Shown here piece by piece: positions 25,351 to 40,300 of a stretch of DNA of 64,000 bases. Source of the DNA: Antedon mediterranea (lineage: Eukaryota > Animalia > Echinodermata); assembly GCF_964355755.1 (NCBI RefSeq), contig NC_092670.1, forward strand, positions 24,848,795 through 24,912,794, read 5' to 3'. Within the stretch, counting starts at the first letter, position 1, and each line of letters opens with the position of its first letter. The notes under the pieces were generated by a model, which worked only from the letters and a program-made list of their open reading frames with translations, made no database searches and had not been told where the DNA came from. The position numbers were made by a program, and so were the translations under genes.

Positions 25351-28300
25351 CTGTAAAATAAATGCATCAGTATGTCATTGTATATTCTACAAGTTACTTT
25401 GCTGTTTAGTGTTTTGCTTGAGTTAATTCCAAGTAAACAAAGAAGTATTATAAAAAGCGCATGGAAAGTTTTACAGTAAATCAACAACTCAAAAACTATC
25501 AACTTGTTTGTACACCAATACAAAAAGCTAAATAGAATAACCAAATATTGATAGAATGTACAAAATGTCTGATATGCACATCAATTGTATTGTGTTGCCT
25601 AGCACACCATTAAGTATTCATGAAACAAAAAAATGATGAACAAGTATTAAAATTGTGCTATGTTATACACCAGATTACTGCAGCAATTATTAATACTTGT
25701 GTAACTAACAATGAAAGCTAATGTATGTACTGCAGTAAAGTGAATTGGTGTAGTTTCTCACTGAATAAAAATATTTGTGCATTCATGGAGTGTGTTTACT
25801 ATTTCACTACCTATGACAGATGAACTGATTATAGCATTATGACAATGTATGATTGTTAGAACTGCAAAGCACTATAAACAACGGTACTAACCTGTCCATA
25901 TATGGACATGAACTATATTTTGATATGAACTAAGGCAGTGGAATGTACAGTACACCAATTATATAAACTATTGTTAACAACAAGAAGAAGACTTTGTAGC
26001 ATCATGTGAGTTTGTATAAAGCAAATTTGTAAGCGTATCGTAAGTATCTATTTCAAATACCATTCAATAAACATTAACAAAATACAATGAAATAAAGAAA
26101 GGTTAAAGAAAGTAGGAAGAATTTTGTTGAACAAAATATTGCCCAAAATATCTTTCTTATTAGTAAAACAAAATGTAAAAATAAATATAATTAAAATTTC
26201 TTGTTATCAAATGAAGAAAATAAGACGATATTAAAGTTTCAAATAAAACCATAGGAAGGTTGGGTGGAATTATTATTTTAAAAATTGTAAAAGAAAGTGG
26301 AATAAATGGAAATTTGTTTTCCATAAATTTACAGATTTGATTTGATATTGTATAAATTTTACAATGTTTTTGTTTTCTTTAATATGGACAAATATAGTAA
26401 ACTTTATGCAAGAAGAATGCATCCTTTGGGCCAACCTCTATTGAAATGACACCAGTGTTAAGAAGTCGCTTTTTTGAGTCTCAAAAGTTTCTTTCATAGA
26501 TGCTCTACTCTACTTTTATCATTATCAAAAGGGCAGCTTTAACAAAAATATTAATTCAATTGACTTTTCATAATTTATATATTTGTTAATTATCATTAGT
26601 TGTTATTTTATTTGTTAATATTAAGTACAAATTCAAATACAAGCTTTCTTCACAATTATTCTTTACATAAAACAAAAGCTAAAATACTTCAAAATTTGTT
26701 GTAAAACATTTTTAACATTTACCATAGTATAAACCGAAGACCTCTGGTGAATAGCGGAAACAAAAATGGGAAAAAAAAATGTATACTTTTATTGCAGCAA
26801 TAACATGCAAAGTGTTTGCATTTGAGTTATCTATTATTATACAAGCATTTTGGTCCAGTTAATAAATAATCTTGGATCTAAACTGCACTAAAACCAGAAG
26901 GGCCAGTGACCGATGACCAGTTGGTGGTCAACCAGAATACCGATTGACTGTACCTTCCTTCCCAAGCCAAATTTCTTTCATTTAAGCAGACTCTATTCTT
27001 GGTTTTTGGCAAGATATAGAGAGCCTAAGATGACATTAAAATGGCATACCCATGGATGAATATTTAACTCGTAAAAGTGGAATTTTTTAGTGTTTCTCAA
27101 ACTGGCACTTTCAGGATTTAATTTCTTGAAAAGTGGAAAAATCTATTTTTGTTTTTTTACATACTATTGATGATCCTAAAATATTTATTAGCATCTAATA
27201 AAAAATGGTATTAAAAAATGGCAAAAATTAAAAAAAAACTAATCTAACGATTTTCATTCAAAGCTTAGGTTGATTAACCAAGTATTTATTGTAAGGCTGG
27301 AGTCAAATCTTCACAGGCCTTGCAAATTAAAAGCTCATTAAAAGAATTCTATAATAATCACTAATAGTCCATGAATGTAAATGAAATTAGAAAAAAAAAA
27401 TTAAAACCAAATAAATGAACTTGAATCACCCAATTAGAATCTAATAAAGAATGCAAAGCGGTCGTTGGTTGAAGTGAGATCACTTGCCTTTTAGTTCACT
27501 TACTAAATCATATAAAAGTGGACAGCTCTTGTTGTAAAATAGTCTTGAAAAAGAGCACACGTAAAATGATTCATTAGTACAGAATTTATTTTTAATCAAT
27601 TTTTTATTTAGAACCATTTCCAATATTTAAAAACATTTTCATAATTTTCCATTTTTATTGTTTATATTTGTAATTTGTAAGTGTTAACTGGACTTCAAGG
27701 AAGAACAATGTACAAATATTGAATGAATATCCAGAATAAAGAAAGATTTCTATCTATCTATCTATCAGAACACTTGATTTGTGCAAATTAGCGAGAATTT
27801 ATGACATTTGGAATTGAATTTAAAACATTTCTATATTTTAAAACTAAACATACAGTAGAAAACGACAACTTGGTCACTTGGCAGGTTAAATTTGCCACAA
27901 TAAATTAAGATAAAATCTATAGTTCAACTGTTTTGCATACTTTATTCAGATTAAAGCCCAATAATTTTGTTTAGTATATTAATTAGAATCAAGTATACCA
28001 ATTCCTTTTTAGTTTTCTTAGTTTTTAGCATATGAATTAGTTTTTAGTACACTATTCAATATAAGTTTAATAATTAGTTTTCAGTGTACTAAACGTACTA
28101 ATTAGTTTTTAGCATACTAATTAGCTTTTAGTATACTAATTCATTCTTAAATGTAATAATCCATTTTTAGTGTACTATTAAATCCATTTTTAGTGTTAAA
28201 CTTAGTAGTATAATGTATTAGGAAACCACTATAAAAGCAATGGATTTCAATTATATTCATTTCAAATAATTTGTAAATGAACCACTACTTACTTGTGTTT

Positions 28301-31300
28301 CATCTTCTGAATCTTCATCAAGTTCGGAGGGTTTTTCTGTGACGCTGCTAAAATCATCGGGTGGCGTCTCAAATGCCGGAGGCGGCGGTACAGTCCTCTG
28401 CACGTTTTCATAATGTTTACTTTCTTCTTCTTCAGAATAATGGATGTTTCCTGGACTGGGTCTAGGAGGAGCTCTGACAAGACAAGGAAAGACCAGAATA
28501 TTTTTAATAGTTACCATATTTATTTAGTATAAACCATTGTAATCTCATTTATGTAGCTTTATATAGTAACTTTACTAAATCTTGGTATTGTATATGCAAA
28601 GAAATTTCTAATTATCGAAACTAGATAATACTGTGTTTATTTGAATAAACGCCCCAGGGCGTGGGGCGTTTATTTGAATAAACGCCCCAGGGCGTGCGGC
28701 ATTTATTTGAATAAACGCCCCAGGGCGTGGGGCATTTAAACTCCCCCGGGGCGTGGGTGTTTACTTGAATAAATACAGTATATGTTTATCTAAAAAAACA
28801 AGATGCTTTGTAAACTATACAATGGCTACCAATCTAGTTTGCCAACCGTTCATTGGGCAGCATTAAACAACAATCTTACTTTGAATATGATGTACCCCTT
28901 CCTTTGGCCCTGTGCTGCGACCTCCGACCACTTTGACGTCTACTATTGCTTAATTCAAAGGCTGTAAAGCTGTTGTCTTCCATATTAGTCACAGACTCAT
29001 CCAAAACATTACGATGAACCTTTTTATCTGTAAATAAATAATGTTGAATATTATACTTATTATTTATTAATTTCAAAATAACAATACGATTAGATATTAT
29101 TAAGACAATTTAAAGACAATTAATTATTTTAATAATAATTTGAGAAATAAATTAATTCCTCCAACTAATTTAGGCTATAAGTATGTACATACTGAAAGAC
29201 TCCCTTCTATTATTAATGCATTCCTCCTCTTAAATGTTCACAATATTTCGTACAAGACCCAGTAGGATACCCGGCCATATACAGTAATTAAAGAAAATAG
29301 AATTGTAAAACCTACCAACATATTTTCTGCTTTTACCAACCATACATAGTGTAGCGACCACGAGGATAACAATAATAAAACCAACTAACGCCACAATAAC
29401 AAGAAACCACCACTCCTCGTAGAACACAACAGTACCTGTGGCTGCAAATTAATTAAAGAACAATTAAACTTTTAATGAAATTCTATTGCATATATTGTGA
29501 GTCATTAGTTGACCAAATTACAATGCTTTTTTCTACTTTGTTTTAATGATTTCTGTGTATTTTTTTTCTATCTGTTCATAAAAGCTATTAAATGACTAGA
29601 TTATAAAAGATTTTGACCACGAGACTGTACTAAATAAACAAAAAGTACACCTAAGAATGACTGCCAAATATGATACTCACAATCATTAGTGAACCAATAA
29701 TTAAGATCACTATAAATAAATATATGAATTTAATAAACTGTTAGTTTAAGTTAAAAACTTAGTAGCAAAGAAACATTCTTGAGATTTGATTTAGGTTTTT
29801 TTCTGTCTTTGGGTTTCCTTCTATCTTGATTCTAAAGAGGTTAGATTAGGGGCGGAGAAGGATATTTTGAATGTCGAATAAATTTTGAATAAGTCTCCAA
29901 AACTAAAACTATTATGTTCAGTATAATTATCACCTATTACTATCAATTACTACAGTATAATTACTATTAAAGAATAATTTGCAATTCTACAAAATACTTT
30001 AACCAACTTAGCACATTAAAATAAATATGTTAATCGAGAATATATTTATCAACTATTTTCTCAAAGTATTAGTCTAATCCCATACACTAAGGTATTATGG
30101 CTATAAGCCTTCATTAAAATGACCTACCTAACCTCTATAACAAAAAGAATTAAATGTGGTATGAAGTAGATTTTAAAGTAGGGGTTAAAAACATGCACAA
30201 ATTTTAATACTATGTATTGAAATATATGTCTATTATGTAACCCATAAACTGAATGAAACAATATAAATTGGCAGTACCTGTTATACAGGCTGAATAGTAG
30301 AAAAAAGGAAAAACAAAAACAGTGCCACTTAGTTTATAAATTTATTCACTAACAATGCTGTATTGCTATAAACAATGTATGCTAAATAAATGATGGTATT
30401 AATGCCTGGTATGTTCAAATAAATTCATCAGTTAAAATAATATTTTGGAGAAAAGCTCTTTTATTTAAAACCAAATATTATGAGATGTTTCATGTACTAT
30501 TGGTTCACAGATTCTAAGTTTCAGTGACCGGTATAGCCACATCAGTCAAATTATTGGATTGGCTATGCTGTGGAAATGAGCTATAATATTTGGTTTAAAT
30601 AAAATGAACATTTCTGTAAATTAAACTGCCAGATGTTGGTATTAAAACCCGTCTGAGAGCTCTTTCAGTATTTTTACAGAAAATTGAAAGTCCTTGTCAA
30701 GATCATAAACAGATGATGCAGCATTTATTTGTTCATTCTTACCTGGAACTGCAAAGGGGTCATCGTCAGATACTGGTTCACTTATACTATCGCTGTTCTC
30801 AGCCATGAGCCGGAATTCGTACATAGTACTGCTTCTAAGATTCGCGTATGAGATAACGTAGGACGTGCCATCGGGAGCAATGTTGTCCGACTCAAGCTCC
30901 CAGTCTTTACCTGTCGCAAATAGAGCGGATAAAAATAATATAAACATTTGTAGAGCTGTTGCTGGACACTCAATTACAGAGTAAGAGAAGCAGTGAAATG
31001 GTTTAGATCAACTAGGTTAATTTTTATTTCCATGCATGGAAGAGTGTATATTTGGACTGACAGTTTTGCACCTTGTTTGATACAGGCCACTTTGCAATTT
31101 GTTTTATATATTTACAATTTAAGCAATGATTTTTACCTTCCTCTCGTGACTCAACTATGTAACCCAAGAGGGCAGAAGCACCGGGATGTCTTGGTGTTTC
31201 CCATGACATTGTAACAGATGTGTCCGTTGAGTCCATGTTCAGATCAGTAGGAGCATCAGGAGCACCTAGAGGTACAAGTAGAAGTTGATAAATGTTAAAT

Positions 31301-34300
31301 GTTACTGTCTGTGTAAAAAATTATTATACAAATAATGAATGTTTATGAGTGCAATGGTACAAATAATGGCACGAGGTGAATGATGAAAGGTTATATCAAC
31401 AAGGCAAAGCCGAGTTGATATAACCTTTCATCATTCACCAAGTGCCATTATTTGTACCATTACACGAATACAAAACATTCATTATTTGTTTTATATAACA
31501 TCTAGACGTTTTTTTTTCGTACACAAAAATGTTTCAAAAAGTACTATTTAACGATCGTTGAATAGTGCGTACTATTGCACGCCATGTGACCCACATTCGT
31601 CCAATCAAATGACAGGAATTTATATAGGTGTTATATAAAATGGGATATTGGAGAGATAACTAGACAACGGCAAAGCGATAATGCGAAATGGCCAAGAATA
31701 GGGTAAAATATTATTAAAATATAAAATTAATAATCTTACAGCGATGCAGCCATGTTTGATATGGTACCTTTCACGAAATGGAAAACATCTTCGATCGATG
31801 ATAAACAATGTTTCGTGAAAAAGATGTATTGACAAAAATATCAACTAAAGCAGAAATATTTTCAATTACCTATTTGAGGTCCAGTTTTAACATCTGCTTT
31901 TCGCTCCTCACCAAAACCAGTGGACGTATTTGCTTTAATTGTAAACATATAAGACACGCGTTCTTCTAAATCATAAATATATAATGAATTTTCTGTTCCT
32001 CGTGTTCTTTTTGTCACAGTTGCTCTTTCACCTGTAATAAAGAAACATAAAGCCATGTGCTTAGAATTTGCTGAAACTATTTAATATTTTAGAAAGTAGT
32101 TACTGCAGTAAATCTGCTTGTTCCAGCTAATGTCGAATCAGTTTAGGAAAGATGATGTTGTTACTTGCATTTTAATGCTTAAAATTCTAATTTCAGTTTA
32201 GTCGTTTGTGCTATTTCATATATAAAGGCATATACAGTACAGTAGTTGCCACAATTACAATCAAATTAGGGCAGGAAATGTCATTTTCAAAATCTTCTTG
32301 TTTTATGACCATATGATGAAAGTTGATTTAAATTATAGTTTTGTAGTTCTCACCTGCTATAGAATTCAATTGTTGGTAGAAGATCTCATAACCGAGTATC
32401 TGTCCACAAGGATGGGGTGGGGGACTCCATGTAACAATTAGTGATGTCATTCGTATTGTCTTGAATGTTATACTGCCAACCATGCCGGGAACTACAAGAA
32501 ATAATGTACATAGTAATTGATAACATCAATCATATATATCGATATTTATCCATACATTTTAAATAGGGATTGGAATCTGTTTTAAATATATTGCTCTTGT
32601 TTGCTTTATGAGAAAATATTCCTGAATAGGTGTATCCCCTGGAAAGGCTTGTCCCTTGGATAGGGGTGTCCCCTAGTAGGTGTGTCCCAGTTCTACTCCG
32701 ATACATATATGGTGATACAAGTACATATTGAACCAGAGCTAGGTTTTTAAAACGTTCAACATAGGTGGTGAACAATCTTTGCTGCAAGTTAGTACAGTCC
32801 ACTCATAGTTTTTATGACACAAAAAACCCCCAAAAAAATTACCATCAGGCCCCGTTTTGCCAGTAGCCTCTTCACTCCATGGGCCATCACCTGCGACATT
32901 GAACCCTGAGATCTGTACCACATAATTAGTGAAGCATATCAAACCATCTAGCATCATCCAATTATTGGTTGTAGCAATCGTCTTCAACAGAACTGTCTCG
33001 TTCTTTTGTCCTGGTAACCAGTAACGCACTTTATAGCCTTGAAGATCACCATTCTGAGACTCGTAGGATGGTGGCACCCAAGAGAGGTTGAGGGCGCCTG
33101 ATCCAACAACTACAACAACCAAATTTGTTGGTGGGGCAGACGGTACTGTAAATATAATAAAAGTTTAGCAGTAGAGTAGTAATATCTCGCACTGCATTAA
33201 ACACATGCATTAAACACATGCATTACTAAGTTCATTTACTATTAACTTAACATTTAATCTGAATTATTTTATCATTTACATAACATTCTATCATGTTCTT
33301 AAAAGGGTTATTGTAAAAAAAATATTTATTACGTGAAGTGTCCAAAAGGAAGTTTTCTTAGTTTTAGTTTTTTTTTAGACAATACAAAGAGATCAAGATA
33401 CAACTTGGCACTGATTACTAGCTGCATTCTTATGAGAGTATGTTTCCATATGTGTTTGATCCAAAAAATTACCGGGGTATTAATGTGCAGCACATTGAGA
33501 GCTTGCTTAATATATGCCCTATATAAGAATGAACAATTATAATGAACTATTATTACAATGGGCCAAAGTATGGACAGAAGAGGGTTGGATATTAAGCATG
33601 ATAATGGTAGGTTGCTTACTTGCTTCTCCAACGAAAACAGTTTCTGGAACACTGTATGGACCATGTCCTTCGATATTGTATGCGTCAACTTTGACCTCAT
33701 ATTCGACATAGCGTTCCAAGTTTGTCAGTTCGTATTCCGAAGCTTGCTTGTCAGGGACGATTCTTTCGGTAAAGTCGCCATTTGGAAGTTTGCGGAATGT
33801 AATTCTATAGCCTTTTAGCTGACCGTTTAAGGTATCTGATGGGGGTGCCTAGAAATAAATAATAAGAAATATAATATACAATTCAAATACTCTTACTTGC
33901 ACTGATGAAGGAGTAGTGTTGCCCGAAAGCTTTGCAAATGTTTCTGGCTGTTTTACCGTATCGTTTTGATTTAGCTTTTTGCTTATTTTTTTGCATTGAC
34001 ATTTTGCAGTAATTGTACTGTAAATCTTCTAATTGTAACCCTGGGTTATTATTCTTTGATTGTTTTTTAGGGTACGAATAAACAAATCTAGTTGAACTTT
34101 AACTTTGTATTATAAACTCAAAAACACTTAATCCTCCCCCATTGCCGAGATCAACATGCATTATCTCCTTATTTTTAAAGTACGGCTGCATCATAAGTTT
34201 TTGTGACCATGGGTTACTATTAGAGTAGTGGGTTATTATTATAGATTGACTTATAAGGTGGGGGACTATTAGAAGGGGAGTTACTATAGAGTGTGGGTTA

Positions 34301-37300
34301 CTATTAGTAGATTTACGGTATATGAGTATGGGGAGAATATTTAAACTGATCTGACTAGGGGTGTCTAGGAATAGATAGAACACAGTAAAAAAATAATGGT
34401 TCATATTTTGCATTTCCACTAGGATGCAACAAGGACGTAGAGTAATTTGATCAATCACAAGCAACTGTTTTTCATCATAAAGTTGTTTGTTGTTGTAAAG
34501 AGTACATTCTACATTGAAATGCTACACTTTGTTTTCTTGAAATTCTATTTTGTTAATTATTTACAATAAGAAGTATAAGTATACCTTCCATGTGATACGA
34601 ATAGCGGTCGGGGTAAAGGGTATAACTCCTGTAATGGTTGGCTTGCCTTCAGGAACTGAAAGAAGGAAAAAGTTTATTCATATACAATTCCATTAGGTTA
34701 AAATCACAGATGTTTTGAATTAAAATATTCTACAATTAAATTTCAAATAGTTGCAGTTTAATTAACACTGTGTATCAACAAACATGAGATGTTCCACTTC
34801 AATATTTTACCTTACTGCTCATCAGAGTATGAAGAATGAAAAAAAAAACCCTCAAGGTAAATAAATAGGTCACCTGTCAATTGCAGCACACAGTACTCAA
34901 TTATAATTTGTTTACTATGCTGACGGCTAAATAAAAAATAATTGCCTTATTTACAGTCTGTTCGCAACTGTGATTTCTATCAATCTTAATATACATATTG
35001 CATTGCTAATTTTTCTTGTTGTTTTACTTTATCGTTTTGATTTATCTTTTTGCTTATTTTATTTTTTATCTCATTGAGATCCAGCCACTGATACCCAAAG
35101 CATTGTCATTTTTTCAATAATTTGCCTTTGGATTAATATACATATTACAAAATATTCTACACTTAAATCTGATGAAATACTGAGATATTTTATACATAAT
35201 TCATGCAATAAAATAAATATTGTGTCAGAATCCAATATTTCAACACTACCTAAAGTTATTAGGCAAAACCCGACACCATGGCACAAATGATTGACAGGCT
35301 ATGCGACTACCTGCCAATCATTATCAAGTGATGTGATTGATGGCTCAAACTTGAATGTATTAGATCAACCTACATCTAGACAAGACAACTAAAGAATTAT
35401 CATACATTGTGTCAACTGACAGGCATTCTGAAATACATCATTTTATTTATCTTCAAGCGGTGTTCTTTTGCCTTCTATTCATATACTATATATATATTTC
35501 TATCTCAATTCAAAGCCACACACACTATACTGATGATTGAGGGTTATGCTCAAAATTACTTAATGAACCCTCTGGAAAAATTATACCCAGACTATCTAGT
35601 TTAAATATTAATAATACTTACTGGCCTGCCTAGTTGTAACAACACTAGAACTATCACTGTAGGCACTGGCCCCAATGTCATTATGGGCTTGTAAACGAAT
35701 CTTGTAGTTTGTGTAAGGCACCAGGCTAAATTGAACAAAAAATTGATATTATTGTATTTAAATCTAGTTTTGTCTATATGTTTGTCCTGAAAAAAAATAG
35801 ATTTTTTTTGTTTTTGAATATGATATTTTAATGTCACATAATAATTATTACCTTTAACCCCATTGAATTTAAAAAATAATTATTTACCTGTAAAAATTGT
35901 AATGTAAAGCAACAAAGACAATAGGATTTTGGTTAAATTTTTCCAATTTTGTCTTTTATAAGTGAAACCAAAGAGGTCATTAGAATTGAGTGTGTTCTGC
36001 AAGATAACAACTTACTTATTGACATTGTAAGCAGTCAGTAATGGATCAATGTTCATAATATGATCAGTGAATACACTTCCAGATTTACTGACTTGGATGG
36101 TGTAACTTCGTAATGGTGAGCGGTCATTATTGTTAGCTTGCCAAGTGATTGGAACACTACGACTTTGGACATTAGCTTGGTCTACTATAGGTTTAGATGG
36201 CTTTCCAGGAACGGCTAGAAAAAAAAAAGATCAACTATTAATAATAGAAAATAAAAAATAGTAACAAGGCTGTTTGTGTATTCGTAACTATTTAATAAAG
36301 ATTGTAGAAAAGCAATCAACATACATCTATCATTCGTTGTGAATACGCGTACTTGAGCTGAAGTCCCCAGCCCAAGATCTGTCCTTGCTGTCACCGCAAA
36401 TATATACATCTGATTAGCTGTTAAGCCATCTTTCACGTAGTAACGTCGACTTCCAACATCAATGTTTACAAGCGCCAACTCATCCGCACTCTCCAGCCGG
36501 TAGCCAACTTCATAGCCACGTATAACTCCATTAGGTTCGGACGGAGGGTCCCACTCCACACGAACAGAGTTGATGGTTACAATTGGAAATAGAACATTAG
36601 TAGGTGGTCCAGGAACTAAAATTAAAGAATATAGTTGTTATTTAAAAAATAATTGGCAGAAGTCAGGATTTTTTCTCATGACCAAAAACAATTCCATTCC
36701 CAAAGACTTAAGAATAAAAATGTAAAAAAAAATTCTAATACATATTTTTTATTTCATTCTAAGAAATCACTTTTCCCTCTAGGACAGGAGTTGTCCTAGA
36801 GGGATAGCTACGATTCTTGATATATAAATGGCCTAAATATATTGATGAATTTTCATGTAAGATACATATTGCAATCCATCAAACAACAACTAATAATTAC
36901 AAGCAATAAGGGCCCTTGAGCAATCTAGAAGTAACCAAAGCGAGTTGTTATTACTTAATTCAGCAAGAAACAAAGATGCATGCTTATTTTTCATTTATGT
37001 TGTCCGTTATATTTCACTGTTTAATATTGCTGCCTAGAATTAAATTTAAACGGTAAAGAGAAAGACTCTTGTTTCATGGACCACTCTCACAAAAAAATTG
37101 TTGAAATTAAATAAATGAAAATAAATAAAATCAAAAATCCTAAATTGTATTTTTCTTAGGAAAATACAGTAATGTTGAGTTCTGCAGGAAACGCCTTACC
37201 ATTTTCAAATGTGGTTTCTTGTATAGTGTTAGTTGGTGTTCCATCTCCAATCCTTGTGTATGCTAAAACCTGTATGCTATACTGTGTGAATCCACGCAGG

Positions 37301-40300
37301 TCGCTTAATAGCAACAACCTGGTGTCATAACCAGCAACATCTACAGCATATGAATTTGTTGGATTTGATGTCTCAAAATAGATCACCTAAAAATAGACAA
37401 ACACAAATTATAAATTGTTACAAAAAAACATGCAATGGGTGTAATGTTATTTCACAGAGAAAATTTTTCTTTAAACTGATTAGTTTCATTTGACATGCAG
37501 AAAAACTTTTCTAACATGGACATGAGACACTATACAACAGTGATAACTGGAGATCCTACAGCTGGGTACAGCTTCACATAACCATGAGGAAAGGTGAGTT
37601 TCAAACATACCTTAAAGCCCAGAATCTGTCCATTGTGCTCATCAGCCGGTACATCGCCCCATGAGACTTGCATACCACTGGAGTTATATGCTACAGCTTG
37701 CACACCCTCTGGACCAGCACTTGGTACTGTAAAATATACATGAATAAATAAATATTTTGATATTTTTTATGTTTCAGTCACTATACTCGGATCGCCCTCA
37801 GAATGTCTTATACTTTTCATTGAATAATGTTCATTACAAACCAAGCATAGCATTACACAAACCAAGCATAGCATTACACAATCATAAATGCGCTTCGTAC
37901 CATACAAATGAGATTACTTTTTGGGGTGTCATGAGGGGATATTATTTATATAGAATAAATGGTATTTTTAATTAAACGGTTTAGAATCAAGTGCACTTAT
38001 TCCACGGTAGTGTGAGTGAGTGGCCGAGCGGTTAAGACAGTGGAACCGTAATCACGTAGCCATAACATTGGCAGGGGTTCGAGGCTCACTCACTCCATGG
38101 TTCTGGTGGTAGAACGAGTCTTCTCGGATAAGGACTATAAACCGTAGGTCCAGTGTACACAACTTGCTCGTGTGCACTTTAAAGAACCTAGTACATCTTT
38201 CGAGACGAGTAGGGGGTTACCCCGGTGTATTAGTACATCACAGCCACTGATCACCAACTGGGCCCTCTGGGAGATCAGTCTTTGACTGAAGAGGTCACCC
38301 AGTATAAAGATAAAACAAACAAACGGTGGTGCTTCCTTTCACAGTAATGTGTTATTAAATTTAACCGTGTCATTCAAATTTCATCTGCGGAGAAAATTCT
38401 ACAGGATGGTTTCTAGATAGTACAGAATATGACTAATTAACCAAAATTTCTTGGGAAATAAACTTAACCAGCCATGTAATTGAACATGATGATGATGGCA
38501 GAACTTTACATAGAATTGTCTTCTTATAAACTTTGTTGCTAATAAAAGCAAATGAAGCGTGTCAACAATTATAATTAAGTACGGTACTTGAAGTGGGGAA
38601 GAATTTATCCATACGGACACAAGAAAAAAAGCATCATGTCATAAATGGATACCAAAAGTCAAATCAAGATTATTATTAAACAAATTTTGTATAATAAATA
38701 TTTTCATAAATATTTTTATGCTTTTATTGATATCATGTAAAAATTTTATATTTTATCATATATTTACATTGTATTTTCTAAAAGTTATTTTGTTTGTGCA
38801 GAGAACCAGGGAACAACATCCCTGTGTAGGTCTGGGAATTTGTGAATAAAAACATACTTAACAAAATATATACAGATACGTGGAGTTTAAAATGTAATTC
38901 TCAAACTAGGTCAAGCATGACGAAATAAAGAGATAGGTGTATTAACATTCGTCATTAAGATGGATCTCATTTAATTCTTTACAGAAAAATTAATTTCACT
39001 ATCAATTTGTTGTTGATACCAGTGTAAATAAATGAGGGTTATAGCCTTCAGGGGAAATACGATTAGCGGGAAAGCAAAGATCAAGCAATTTAATTATCTT
39101 ATGCTCTAGTTGTTATGATTTGCTAATGTTTGTAGGAAATGCACTTGGCTAATATTGTGTTTAACCAGATTCCACCTAGTACACTGAAATGCATTAAATG
39201 TATGTTTGTATTGGTTTATTCATATCTATTGTATATATGAATAAAGATATATACACTGCATAGATATGTTTCAATTGGAACATCTGAATTAATACTACAT
39301 TCAGGTTATTGCCTCTACATTTTTTAAAAAATATAATTTGTAATCAAATATTTGCATAATATATTTCAGGTATATTTTTATTGTCAAAAAAAGACGAACA
39401 ATGATACAAATAGAGGAAGGAAACCATAACATATTATTTTTTATATCAATTAAAAACCAAAGAGGTTATATAACTAGAGAGTCAACTCCAATGTAGTCAA
39501 AAGTGCATCACCATAGAGGAGAACCACATGCAGTAATATGGCTGCATCACTTTGCTTGTTTTGATTACAACCTACCTGTATCGCTGGTTCTCTGTGTCTG
39601 TGCTGGACTTGTTGGTCCATTTCCAATCTTGTTATATGCTAACACTACAACAGTGTACGCCGTCCATTCCTGCAGGTTCGGAATAATCATCTCGCGTCCA
39701 TAAGGATCTGGCACGTTGTATTCAGAAGGAGCAGTGTCATTGTCACTTGACAATCGCCATTGGACTTTGTAACCTAGAGGAACGCCGTTCCATTGTTCAT
39801 CAAGTAATGGCTGCGAAGAAATAATTTAAATAAAAATAATATGTTGACAGTAAACAGGAACACATTATCACCCAATTTTAATACTTTATAATTGAAGAAT
39901 GATAGTCCCATGATCAAGTATAACCCCACCCACTAATTACTGTTGGCTTTTAGAAGAGTATTTTCTAGGCACTATCCAAGTATAACCCCACCCCCTAATT
40001 ACGGTTTGTTTTCAGAAGAGTATTTCCAAAGTAATACCCAAGTATAACCCCACTCTCTTAAGTTTCACTAAATTTCTAACCTAAGTCCCCTAGGACTAAT
40101 ACTTGGTAATATACGGTAATGAAATATTATTCATATTTCAATAAATAATGTGTATTGCTTGGTCACAGAACTTTAATTATAAATATGCAATTGACACAGC
40201 AATACATATGGAAGGCATAGCCTACTTTAGGATTTATTAAATAGGTCACTCATACAGAGGGTGACACATATCTCATAAAAAGATGAAATATATAGTAGTA

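Noticed and set aside
25892-25912. Another possible 21-nt microexon (FMSIYGQ, donor gttagt) or CArG box CCATATATGG
   Set aside because: The acceptor lacks a pyrimidine tract, and the palindrome resembles the interior of MITE family A.
38013-38097. tRNA gene
   Set aside because: It has A/B boxes but no canonical anticodon arm or T-run terminator, and it continues into a SINE body, tail and TSD.
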